NCBI GenBank assembly: GCA_964016885.1
Contig: OZ024741.1
Span: forward strand, 236,034,001-236,098,000
Origin: Eledone cirrhosa
Lineage: Eukaryota
Direction: 5' to 3'
Length of the DNA: 64,000 nt
Program-made: the position numbers and the translations under genes
Shown: one piece after another, positions 51,974-64,000 of the stretch
Layout of the letters: each line of letters opens with the position of its first letter
Position numbering within the stretch: the stretch's first letter is position 1
The notes under the pieces: model-generated
The model's input: the letters and a program-made list of their open reading frames with translations, nothing else
Told to the model about the DNA's origin: nothing
The model's database searches: none

Positions 51974-52124
51974 AATGCATTATGCTTGAAAGTAAAATAA
52001 AAATATTAACGATAGGCTGGTGAGATAGGAATATCTTTAGATCATAAATTCAGTTGGATGAAACCTGACCTGGGCCCCAAAATAAACAACAAAAGTATTA
52101 ATAAGAGTTTCTGACAAAGGCATA

Positions 52125-52265
52125 ATGGTGAGTTGAAAGTCGGATAGAATGCTTTGCAGTATTCATTCAGGCTCTCTGTGCTTTGAGTTCAATCCCACCG
52201 AATTCAACTCTACCTTTCATCCTTTTGAGGTCGATAAAAAAAAGTACCAATCAAATGCTGGGGCG
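52125..52265 (+). mobile_element. degenerate SINE family A
   Basis: GAGTTCAATCCCACCG..CCTTTCATCCTTTTGAGGTCGATAAAA..GTACCA. Confidence 0.75.
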
Positions 52266-52739
52266 GATTTTCCTCTATATCTCTTTCTCACTTATTTTCT
52301 CTCACTCTCTATCATTCTCTGGAAGAAATCGATCAGGTCAGACCTGTAGAGATGAGCTCTGCCAGGTTTAAAATGCCCAAGAAACTGTAGATCACTATAG
52401 TGTCCCTGCGACTTCAGTAGTTGTCATGGGTCTAGAGAACATAGGTACAAGGTCATATTTGGGGGAGGAGGCATTTAAACACAGAACATGCTGAGCTGAA
52501 ACAAATGCTGCAAAGTATTTTGTTGGTTGTTCTAATGATTCTGCCAATTCCCTGTTTAATTACAAATTTAGCTGGAAATGGGAAGTGGTCGTGTGTTGTT
52601 CATTGTTTTTCAAACAATTCAAATATGCTCCCATTAAGAATCAGAATCAGCTCAAAGAATTTATGTGTCAGGAAATTGCAACCCCGTATCATAGTATATG
52701 TCCATTTGCATTTGATTTTTTGTTTTATTAGCAACACAA

Positions 52740-53015
52740 AGTTATGGCCCTTTACGTTCTGAGTTCAAATCCCGCTGAGGTTAGCTTTGCCTTTCAACCT
52801 TACAGGGTCGATAAAATAAAATACCAGTAATGTACTGGTTGATTTAATTGACTCTCCCTTTCCCCCAAAATTGTGGGCTTTGTGCCTAAATCAGAAACTG
52901 AGTTCAAATCCCGCCGAGGTTAACTTTGCCTTTCATCCTTTCGGGGTCGATAAAATAAAGTACCAGTAATACACTGGGTAATTGCTGGTCTTGTGCCTAA
53001 AGTAGAAACAATTAT
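52740..53015 (+). mobile_element. two tandem SINE family A copies (long-3' variant then short-3' variant)
   Basis: CTGAGTTCAAATCCCGC occurs at 52759 and 52898; only the first copy has the extra GATTTAATTGACTCTCCCTTTCCCCCAAAA segment. Confidence 0.88.
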
Positions 53016-53989
53016 TATTGTTTTATTAAGAATAACTGTTGGATAATAACTAATAATTAGAATGGTGGTGGTGGTGGTGCAGTGGACTTTGTGATAGAAT
53101 GGTGGTGGTAGTGGTGGTGATAGGGATGTGGGTAGCAATGGACATTGACATAAAATAGTGGTGGTAGTGGTGGGACGATAGAAGTGGACACCATGATAAA
53201 AAGGTGATGATGGTGGTGGTGAGTGTAGTAGTGTTGGTGATATTAGTAACAGTGGTGGTGAGGGTAGTGGTGGATACTGTGATAAAATGGTGGTGGAGGT
53301 GAATACAAGGGAAGGTAGTGGTGATAAAAACTTATTTACAATGTTGAATATTATTATTATTATTATTATTATTTTGCTCATTATAAGAATGTTAATTGGG
53401 ATGATGATGATGATGGTGGTGGTGGTAATGAATGTGTTGTTGATGATGATGATAATGATGATTATGGTAATGGCGATGATAGTGATAATTTTGACAATAG
53501 TTACAATGGAGATGGTGGAGACTCTAGTGAATGATGATGATGATGATGATGATGACAGTGATGGTGGACAGTGACTATGATGATGATGATAATGCTGGTC
53601 CTAGTGACTATGGTGATTATGATGATTATGATGGTCTTAGTGGGTAATGTCTATGATGATGATGATGATTACTCATTATTATCAGGATGATGATAATTAG
53701 ATATGAAGAAGCTGCTACTGCTGCTGGTGATAACAGTGGATATTATGATGATGATGATGATGATGGTGATGTTGATATTGATATTGTTGCTGGTGGTGAT
53801 AATGATGCTGGTAGTGTTGGTGGTGATGATATTATTGTAAGTGATGTTGGTGATAAGCAGCAAGGGTGGTAGTGGTGGTGGTAGTGGCAGTGGTGATAGT
53901 GGTGATGGTGATGTTACTGGTGGAGTTATTATTCTTGGTGATGATGGCGGTGGTGCATGTGTTTATTTTTGATGAAGATTGTGTTGTTC

Positions 53990-55245
53990 CTAGTGGTGCT
54001 GGTAGTGATGGTGGTGTTGGTGATGGTGGTGTTGGTGATGGTGGTGTTGGTGATGGTGGTGTTGGTGTTGGTGGTGTTGGTGATGGTGGTGTTGGTGTTG
54101 GTGATGGTGGTGCTGGTAGTGATGGTGGTGTTGGTGATGGTGGTGTTGGTGATGGTGGTGTTGGTGATGGTGGTGTTGGTGGTGTTGGTGTTGGTGTTGG
54201 TGATGGTGGTGCTGGTAGTGATGGTGGTGTTGGTGATGGTGGTGTTGGTGATGGTGGTGTTGGTGATGGTGGTGTTGGTGTTGGTGATGGTGGTGCTGGT
54301 AGTGATGGTGGTGTTGGTGATGGTGGTGTTGGTGATGGTGGTGTTGGTGATGGTGGTGTTGGTGATGGTGGTGTTGGTGGTGGTGGTGCTGGTAGTGATG
54401 GTGGTGTTGGTGATGGTGGTGTTGGTGATGGTGGTGTTGGTGATGGTGGTGTTGGTGTTGGTGGTGTTGGTGATGGTGGTGTTGGTGTTGGTGATGGTGG
54501 TGCTGGTAGTGATGGTGGTGTTGGTGATGGTGGTGTTGGTGATGGTGGTGTTGGTGATGGTGGTGTTGGTGGTGTTGGTGTTGGTGGTGCTGGTAGTGAT
54601 GGTGGTGTTGGTGATGGTGGTGTTGGTGATGGTGGTGTTGGTGTTGGTGATGGTGGTGCTGGTAGTGATGGTGGTGTTGGTGATGGTGGTGTTGGTGATG
54701 GTGGTGTTGGTGATGGTGGTGTTGGTGGTGTTGGTGATGGTGGTGTTGGTGATGGTGGTGCTGGTAGTGATGGTGGTGTTGGTGATGGTGGTGTTGGTGA
54801 TGGTGGTGTTGGTGGTGGTGGTGCTGGTAGTGATTGTGGTGTTGGTGATGGTGGTGATGGTGGTGTTGGTGGTGTTGGTGGTGTTGGTGATGGTGGTGTT
54901 GGTGATGGTGGTGTTGGTGATGGTGGTGTTGGTGATGGTGGTGTTGGTGGTGGTGGTGCTGGTAGTGATTGTGGTGTTGGTGATGGTGGTGATGGTGGTG
55001 TTGGTGATGGTGGTGATGGTGGTGATGGTGGTGTTGGTGTTGGTGATGGTGGTGTTGGTGATGGTGGTGTTGGTGATGGTGGTGTTGGTGGTGTTGGTGA
55101 TGGTGGTGTTGGTGATGTTGGTGGTGTTGGTGATGGTGGTGTTGGTGATGGTGGTGTTGGTGATGGTGGTGTTGGTGATGGTGGTGTTGGTGATGGTGGT
55201 GCTGGTAGTGATGGTGGTGTTGGTGTTGGTGGTGTTGGTGGTGTT
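53990..55245 (+). repeat. 15-bp-based compound repeat (GGTGATGGTGGTGTT)n
   Basis: Directly visible, punctuated by GCTGGTAGT; embedded in wider low-complexity sequence (53060-57800). Confidence 0.95.
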
Positions 55246-55628
55246 GTTCACTCTGTTAATCTTGATATGTGATGGTGGTTGTAGTGGTTGTGGCAGTGTC
55301 ATTGGCTATGGTGACTATAGTAACTGTGATGATGATTGAGGAGGAGGTGAAGGTAAAAATAGTTGAAATGGTATTAGGTTGATGATAATGATGGTGGTGG
55401 TGTTGATGGTGAAGAAAAGGAGGAGGAAGGAAGGAGGAGACATTACTGTGGTTGTTAGAGAAGAGAATTCACTCATGGCAATTCTGATGATGATAATGGG
55501 GGTGGGTGTAGCAGTGACTGTGATGGTGGTGGTGGTGGTGGTGGTGGGTGATGATTGTGATGATGATGACGAAAATGATGGTGCTGATGACAAATAATGT
55601 TGGTAGTGGTGGCGAGGAATTGACGGTG

Positions 55629-55660
<32 letters not shown>

Positions 55661-56769
55661 ATGGTTGTGGTAATGATGATGGTGTGGGGTGATGATGATT
55701 ACAGTATTGATTATAGAGGGTGGTGGATGATGGTGATGGTGTTGGCGAGACTGATGATGATGATGGTTGTATTTTGTACAGCTTTGCACAGATGTGTTCA
55801 AACAGTGTGCTTTTGTAGTAAATAGTTCTTGTTTAACCCTAGGTCACCACTGGTTGTGTAGATGTATAATTAAAGATGTTCTAATCATAACCATAGAACT
55901 TTTTTTGAGATACACCATCCAGTCCAATATGTCCTCCCTTTTTGTTTGTTTTTTTAGAAGACAGGTGTGATTTGGGGTTGATTTACCTGCCTTTTCTAAC
56001 AAATCAGAAGTGGTGTTAGTGTTTTAGAGATTTTGATATAGTTGTGATTGAGTGGTATTAGTGATATAGAGACTTTCATGCGGTGCTTGTGATGTAGAAG
56101 TGGTGTTTATGACCTAGTAGGGGTGTTTGTTATGCACTGTTGGTGCTTGTCATGTAGTGGTGTTAGTAATGCAGTAATGGTATTACTGATGTAATAGTGG
56201 TGTTTATGATAGTGAGAGTGGTGTTGGTGATAGTGATATTGGTGCTGTTGGTGGCAGTGATGTTATTAGTGGTGGTGGATTTGATTTAGTGGTGTTGGTA
56301 ATAGTAGTGATGTGGTAGTGTTGCTGTTGGTGGGAGTACTGATATAGTGGTGATGGAGATGGTAGCAATGTAGTAGTGTTAATGCTGGTGGTGGTGGTGT
56401 TGATATAGTGTTGTTGTTGTTGATGGTGTTGATGTAGTGGTGTCGGTGTTAGTATTGATGTGGTAGTGTTGTTAGTTGTGGAGGTGTTAATGTAGTGTTA
56501 TTGTTTCTGTGTCAGGTTTTTTTTAATCATTTAGTCAGGAAGGGAAGGGCAACCTTTATGACAACTTTATTTTTTTCAGGCCCTCAGATGCTGGCTCTCG
56601 GAAGTTACCCTCAGACTAGAGTTCTGGCCTTAAGGCCTGCAACAGAATGTATTCCACTGAAAGCCTTCAAGGACCAGGTGGTAGTATAAGATTGGGTGAC
56701 AGATTATGTCTACCACTCCAAGAACTCACTCTACAAGGCAAACTCGTCCAGCCCATCTACCATGCTGGA

Positions 56770-56890
56770 CAGGTACTTTATTTTATTGGCAAATTTAGCC
56801 TCAGCAAGATTTGAACTCAGTACCTAGAAACCTGGAACATAACACTGCAAGGTATTTTATCCTATGCCTTAACAATTCTGCCAATTCAAT
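56770..56890 (-). mobile_element. degenerate SINE family A
   Basis: GGTACTTTATTTTATTG..GATTTGAACTCAG..ATTCTGCCAATTC. Confidence 0.65.
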
Positions 56891-57939
56891 GCCTAATTTT
56901 ATTGTTATTGCAGTTGTTGTTACTGCTGCTACTGTTTTACTATTGCAGTTGAAGATGGTGATGATGATTATTATTATGATAGCACTGATAATGATGATAA
57001 TGATAAATGATGATACTATTAATGATGATGATTAATAATTGTTGTTACTGCCGTTTTGTTGATGGTAATAATGACGGCAGTGGTGATGATGATGGTGGAG
57101 GTGATGGTAGTGATTATGATGATGATGCCGTTTATATGTTATGCTGCTGCTGTGTATACTTGCAGTTAGTATTGTGTATTAGTGTTGATGGTGTTAGTGA
57201 TGCTGTTGCTAATAGTGGTAGTTATAGTGAAGAGAATAGTAATGATGATGGAGGAGTTGGTCACAGTGAACATAATGGCGATGATGGTAGTGGTGTTAGT
57301 TATAGAGAAGTTAAAGGTAATGGTAGTGGTCATAGTCACAGAGAAAACAAGATGATGGTGATGGTGGTGGCGATAGTAGCAATAGTGCTGGAGAGTTTAT
57401 GATGATTGAGGTGGTGAAGGTTGTAGTCATAGTGAAGGTAATAGTGATGGTGGTGGTGGTAGTAGTCATAGTGAAGAAAATGGTGGTGATAGTGGTGGTG
57501 GAGGTGGTAGTCATATTGAAGATAATAGTGGTGATGGAGGTAGTAGTCATAGTGATGATAATGGTGGAGATTGTAGTCATAGTGAAGATAATGGTGATGA
57601 TGGAAGTGCTGGGTAGATAGGGTGTTGGTGGTGGTGTTCGTAGCAGTGATGGTTGTGATAGTAATGATAGTGGTAGTACTGACAGTGATGGTACTAGTAA
57701 GACGAGGTGTAGCGTGGTGTTAGTAGCAGTGGCGTTGGTGGTGGTGGTAGTGATGGTAGTATTTGGGAGGAAGGAAGTATGATGGTAGCCGTAATGAGAG
57801 TGGTATTGGTTGTTATGCCTGGACTGACGCAGGGGCTGGGGTGGCTAGAAGTGAAACATTGTAGAACGGGGCTTATTATGACGGTAGTGGGGTAGTGCTA
57901 GCAGTTTGTGTGTGACTGTGAGGGTGTTGGATAAATTGA

Positions 57940-58845
57940 CAGAGACAGCCAGACAGACAGATAGAAAGATAGATATACAAGTGGGTAGATAGTGAGATAA
58001 GACATACGGACAGACAGATAGGCAGAAAAAGAGCAGAGATATGGACATAGAGACGGACAGAGTAAATTATTGAGATAGGTAATTATAAATATAAAGTAAG
58101 AGACAGAGTGAGGCATTGAAGTAAATAAGAGAGAGTTGTTAGCAGATTAACTAGAAATAGAGACAGAGGGGATAAAGAAAGAGAGATAGAAAGATAAGGA
58201 ATCACAGATAGGATGGAAAGAAAGAAAGAATGGCAAAAGATAGAGAGAGGCGGGGGAGAGAAAACAAGAAAGGGAAGCCATCTAAATTATGAAAAAGGAG
58301 GACGAGAAAGAAGAGAGAAACAGTGAAAGAGGAGGAGGAATTCAACTTTATTTCTCGTCTGTCTGTGTGTTGTTTGTTGGGGGGGAGTTCCGCAATCAGA
58401 AGCAGGCTAAAGAGAGAGAGTCAGTTATAATGAAAGAAGAATATAATTATATGAGAAGAGGAGAAATAAAGAAAGAAAAGAGAGAGAGTAAGCGGAACAT
58501 TAAGGCTAACGAAGGGAATGATAGAGAGATGGTGAGAAATATACCTGAAAGAAAGAGGGGAAAGGAAGAGAGGACAAAGTGACATCGAGATAGAAAAACT
58601 GATAAACATATATGAGGGGTAGAGGAGGAAAAAAGATAGTAAAAGCTACAAGGCCAGAGAAATATAGATGAGTGTGTTAGAAGAAGAATAGAAACGATAA
58701 TAGCAGCAACAACGAGAGAGAGGGAGAGAGATTGGAAATACATATAAAAGAGAGGAGTAGTGAGTACAAAAAAGGAAAAGAGTAAAGAGAAAAGACAGAG
58801 GGGGCAAAGTCAGAATAAGAAAGAGAGAATGAGGGAAGGTGAGAG
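57940..58845 (+). repeat. purine-rich (GA/GAAA/GATA) low-complexity tract
   Basis: Directly visible. Confidence 0.85.
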
Positions 58846-58884
<39 letters not shown>

Positions 58885-58939
58885 GCAAACTGTATAAACT
58901 CAAACACACACATATATGTATTTTACATATATACACATA

Positions 58940-59084
58940 GAGAGAGGGAGAACCTGTCAATGCGAGGGGGAGTGGGAGAGTTTGGTGGGAGAAAAGTGGA
59001 GGAAGTAGCAACAACAACAACAGCAACAACTACAAGCGTAGAGAAAACCACGAGAGGAGGGAAGCTAGTGAGATGGAGGTAAGT
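58940..59084 (+). other. candidate first exon ending ATG-GAG|GTAAGT
   Basis: Consensus 5' splice site directly after Met-Glu (59073-59078), preceded by a leader-like GA/CAA-rich unique stretch. Confidence 0.3.
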
Positions 59085-59841
59085 TCTAGCCATCCTAACT
59101 CCCATGTTTTGCCTATAATGTTTATTTTGATGCAGCAAGGTGCTCTTAGCCTACACATCGTCTACCATGGATATAGGGCTTTCTTGTCACTGTTTATCTT
59201 CTTCACACACCGGAGCTTCATGGTTTTTCTGCAACATAATAGATGGCTGGATCGACTGACAGACCAAGCAACGATTGTACAACTCTTCTATCACCTATAT
59301 GCATACAGGCACGGACACACACACATCTACACACATATATATATATATATATATTGTTCTATTTCTGTGGGTATATATGTGTTTGTGTGTATAACTCTCT
59401 CTCTCTATATATATATAAATTATATAGAATTATTTATCTATACATATACATTCACTAATATTTATAATCTGTACATATATACAAATAAGTGATCATATAT
59501 ATATATATACATAGCTGTATATGAAATATGTGACCTGATATGTATATTATGCACATACACACCCTTATCCGTATACGTGTTTATTATATATATGGTCATC
59601 ATTTGAAACGGTTGTATATATATATATATAAACACAAAAACGGTTATCCATACATATACATTAATGGAATCCACCATCGTTATCATCATCATATGCGTAT
59701 TTACCCCCATGGACATATTTGTGCTTGCTTCTGTGTTCACATGTGTTGGTGCATTGAAGGTCTTCTTGTATTTGTTTGTATAAACACGCAGACTCACATA
59801 TAAGATATTCGTACTCGTATAGTCACTCAAACCTATGACAC

Positions 59842-59873
<32 letters not shown>

Positions 59874-60614
59874 GTGTGTGTGTGACCAATCTCTGGAACC
59901 GTTTTTGTATAATACTTATGTCCATGTGTATAAATGATGTAGCTCACAGACACAAGTATGTTTCTATATATACGCCTAAATACATATATAAACACATGGA
60001 TATACATGCATATATCCCCTAACACACATACGATGTTCATCTAGTGAGTTGCCCCTTTCAAATTCTCAACGGTCGATTCACATAATCGGCTATTCGCTCG
60101 TTCAATAGCATGTTCCCTTCTCTATGGAAATAGCTATGGGTACAGCACCATAGCTAAACTTTCTTTCTCTCTCTCTATATATATATATGTTTGTGTCAAT
60201 GTACGTATCTCTTTATGTGTTTGGGTCTATTTGTGTATTTCTCTTACGCTCACTGTATGTCTATTTTGTTTCCGTCTTTAACGTTCGCATGTTGTTAGTC
60301 TTATGGGCTGTCGCTTGCTTCGTTACTGTCTAGATTAATTCTAATTACTGCCACATACCCCCAGCCCCATCATTCCCGCACCTCTTACAAAAATATATTT
60401 AAAACATACACACACTAATTATATAAATTAAACATACTTATGTTTGTATATACATATACAAGAGTATTTAGTTTTGTGTTTTTCTACTTGTATGATTTTG
60501 TATATCATGTGTACGTGTCATTATATATATATATATTATATGAAAAAGAGACGTACACACAATTACAGCCGGCTACACACAAATATATATATATATATGA
60601 AAGAGAGACGCACG

Positions 60615-60734
<120 letters not shown>

Positions 60735-60779
60735 GAAAGTAAAACAAAGAAGCCTTCAATACATCAAAAGTCTTTATTA

Positions 60780-60817
60780 GCCAAAAATGTTTCGTCCTAT
60801 TAAGGACTCATCAGGGC
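60780..60817 (-). ncRNA. minimal hammerhead ribozyme motif (stem III degenerate)
   Basis: Minus strand GCC-CTGATGA-GTCCT-TAAT-AGGAC-GAAA-CATTT-TT^GGC, then TAATAAA. Confidence 0.6.
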
Positions 60818-62854
60818 AATTAAAACAACAAGAAGTATTATCGGCCAATAATATATATATATATATATATTAAAATACAAATATTAATACATTAATATAT
60901 AATATATAGTGTGTGTGTGTAGCCGGCCGTAATTCTGCCTCCATGTACCTCCTGCAAGTCTACTATAATTCATAGTACTTTTTAACAATACCATGCAGCC
61001 TAACACACACTTATCTCTCCTACATACAATTGCATTGCTCCCTGTGCGCGCGCGCGCACACACAAATGTATGTATGTGTGCGTAGAAAAAGCTATGTGAA
61101 TGCATATATGTATTGTCATTTTTACGAAGAGAAAATATTTGAAAATGATTTTGTACAGGATTTCTTCAGTATATTCTGTGTGTGTGTACCTATACATGTT
61201 TAGGCGCGTATTCTTCACATCGTTAGCTATTTGTAAATGTGATTATATATATATAATATATATATAGTGTGTATACAAAGAAAATAACGTGTGGTTGCGT
61301 ATATTTTTCTATGTATATTTGTGTAAATAGGTGCAATATAACATTTTGTATACACGAATACGTTTGTACTCTTAACGAGTTGGGCTTCGGCGAGGTTTTA
61401 AGCGTAATTGTTTAAACCCGTAACCAAGTGAATATTTTAGTCAATAACGTGAAAGTATATGTGCGGGGTGGTGTGTGTCAAAGTAATGTAGGTAGCATAA
61501 GGTAGATAAAAGTAGAAGAATTAGGTAAAATATACGTAAAGGGGTTTAGTGAAAGAGGAAACTGGGTGTTATTAAAGCTGATTTATGTTTAAAGGCCCTC
61601 AGTTTGTTACAATTTCCCTGTCTGTCTTAATGCTAGTGTTACGTGGAAATATCAGAATCCGGTCGTTAGTGAAGTAAAAGGTATTCACATATTAAGATAG
61701 TTTGAAATAGTTAAGGTGTTGGTTAATGAACTATGTGTGAACACAACTCTTCTATAACTTGTTCCATCTCCGTTCCTATATGTATAACAATAGGGCGGCT
61801 TTTTCACAGCTATTTAGAAGACATGAGACGGTGTTTCAGCTCCGATCAAAGATATTAAAGTCAAAGATGTTAAAGCCGTGACCATCACATCATTGTTTCA
61901 AGAATAGTGTATCCCGTATATTGCATTATCCAATGTCCCATCCCTATTAAAAAAAAAACGGTAAGGATCTGATTCGGGGTAGATTTTACTGTTGCTTTTA
62001 GCAGTTTTGTCGGCAGATTGATTCAGTGACTGCCTTATTTCATCTCTGCGAATATAAGGTAGTCAGTCGCATTAGCTCTGATTCTCCTCCAGAGATTTTT
62101 CAAAGTTCTGCATTGCAGTCGCCGACTCATGGTATCTACTGTGTGATTTTGACTTCACATCAACTAGTCTTCAACTAAAGCTGACCCTCTCTTGGAAGCT
62201 TCTCGTTAAGTTTATTGTTTTAATGTGCCTGTTAATGTTGATCTTCGAGAGTTTAAGTTTATTATAAAGAATGACAACTGACTATTTCGTCTAAACGTGT
62301 CCTAGACTTCGTTTGCGCCGATGGTGGTGTTTAATGTTGCCTTGTTTGTGGATAGGAGTGGTAATAACCAATAGTCACAGATCATGTAATAAGGGTTGAC
62401 TAGTCTAGAATGGGTTTGTATTATAGATATCTGTGATTTGGAAGTTCCGTTTGAGACATGGGCACAGTACTCCTCTAGAGTAGGAGGAAATTATATATTG
62501 TAAAGGTTTAGCACCAGTTTGGGCTTTAACTTTTCCACTATTCATTCAAAAGTAGCTATTTTGAAAAATGGAATATTTATTGGCGGGCATGTTAATTTAG
62601 CAACTGCATGAGTCGTCGTCAATAAAATAAAACACATCTGTAGACGATGTAGTGAGGACCTACGATTATGAACTGGTGCAGTCTTGGTTCAGTAGCTGCC
62701 ATCTCGCGTATGTGAGAAACTTTTGATTTAGTCAAGGAAGAATTTCTTTTTAAATAGGAATTCCGTAGCATTCTAGTTTTAAGTTTAGACTTTAGTGGAT
62801 CAGCCTGCCAGAGGCTGAAGAGAAATTTGTTTAGTTTCCAAATCTCTAAGAAAT

Positions 62855-63130
62855 GATATCATCATCATCGTTTTACGTGTTGTCGTCATCGACTGGACAG
62901 CTTGTCACATTCTGAGATTAGGTCAGATAACAAAGTCTTGCTTATACATTCCATCATCTTAACATGATTACGGCTGGATGCCCTTCCAACGCCAAGCAGT
63001 TTACAACGAGCATTGGGTGCATTTTATCATGATGCCTGCACTGCTACTTTACTGCGAGTACTGGGAGCATTTTAACATGGCACTACCACTTAACAGTCTA
63101 CTGGGTGCATTTTATCGTGGCACCAGCTCT
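62855..63130 (-). mobile_element. RTE-type 3' tail fragment
   Basis: CATCATCATCATCGTTTTACGT..GGCTGGATGCCCTTCC..ACTGGGTGCATTTT. Confidence 0.7.
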
Positions 63131-63584
63131 AGTGCTATCATTGTGTAATCAGACATGCAAAGAGGTAGGGGTAAAAGCATGGCGATAGTGACACGGGTAG
63201 CAATGGTCGCTTGAGCAACTATGTTGGTCATGGAGATGACCTTGAGTAGGGTAAAGTGACAAGCATCTCATCGTTGAGTGGGGGTGGACCTTCACAAGAT
63301 ATACATATAGAGGTACGATGCCCCGCTTTATGTGTGGGCAGTGATTTTGAGAGTAGTTGTGGATGATTTAGATAGTTAAGGAGGGGAGACAGACAAGTGA
63401 AGGGACAGATTGGATACTGTATTGCTTGTAAAAGTAAACATGACATTTTTGTCACGAGGTGATTTGAACTCGCACTGATGCTATTTAATTTCTCGCTCGA
63501 ATTTAATATCACTTAATACGTAATATCTCGCGGCTGATGTCAACAGCAGACGCGCTCAGAAAATCGCATGTAATCATTATTACA

Positions 63585-63720
63585 GCTATACGGGCTTCCA
63601 CAGTTTTCGTCTATTAAATTTCACTCACAATGCATTGGCCAGTTTGAGATTAGAGTAAAAGACACTTGCTGAAGGTGCCACGTAGTGGGACTGAACTTGA
63701 AATCCTTAACCACACATACG
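63585..63720 (-). mobile_element. degenerate tRNA/CORE-like SINE
   Basis: Minus strand GTGTGGTTAAG..GTTCAGTCCCACT..CCTTCAGCAAGTGTCTT. Confidence 0.6.
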
Positions 63721-64000
63721 TCTACTGCAGATTCTAAGCAATTTACTCACTGTATATCGCAGGTTTTGCTTTCCGTGGAAGTAAACCTATTGTTTTATGT
63801 TACTATGGACAACGCACCCCAATAACATCTTGCATTACTGAATATATTTCCAACCTGATCCGATACTGGCTTTCACTGAATCGTCAATCTAGAACGTGGG
63901 ACAACAATATCGATGTTTATATTCTCTTGATTTTAGTGAAATAGGAAATGTGGCATGCCGAGCTGAAATGACCCTAGACAAAAATAAATAAAATAAAAAT

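Noticed and set aside
53866-55339. Long ORFs (GDGGV repeat; Thr/Asn mucin-like on the minus strand; poly-Val)
   Set aside because: Open in several frames on both strands because the 15-bp unit lacks stops; almost no synonymous variation; continuous with the surrounding low-complexity DNA.
56580-56772. Plus-strand exon after a strong TTTTTTCAG acceptor
   Set aside because: Stops in all frames before the apparent donor, which is part of a SINE remnant; no homology recognised.
62040-62800. Possible Penelope RT C-terminal remnant (TDIY.. on the minus strand)
   Set aside because: Too degraded to support beyond a few residues.

Overview
Eukaryotic, AT-rich, almost gene-free and repeat-saturated DNA. 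The SINE types, RTE LINEs, Penelope remnants and dense (TA)n and GGT/GAT low-complexity tracts look like a coleoid cephalopod, probably an octopus; this is inferred from pattern recognition and not checked by a search. About half the window is tandem or low-complexity sequence: a ~16 kb array of an 83-bp unit with internal block duplications, a 91-bp-based array on the opposite strand, a 33-bp minisatellite and ~10 kb of trinucleotide mosaics. The rest holds decayed RTE LINEs, several SINE families, hAT-like MITEs and a Penelope GIY-YIG pseudogene. No intact protein-coding gene can be called; there are only weak candidate exons, and most ORF-track hits are repeat artefacts. The most notable signal is a set of small non-coding fold-back-plus-tail elements sitting in (TA)n or other microsatellites. 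The best is a perfect 201-bp-arm palindrome at 45331-45741 with a type-I hammerhead ribozyme motif followed by AATAAA in each arm. It and two sequence-unrelated fold-backs (40647-40919, 46317-46373) all carry GAGTACTC in a one-sided tail. Further hammerhead cores occur at 60780-60817 and, degenerate, near 43465 and 46100. These look like non-autonomous Penelope-derived, ribozyme-bearing elements.
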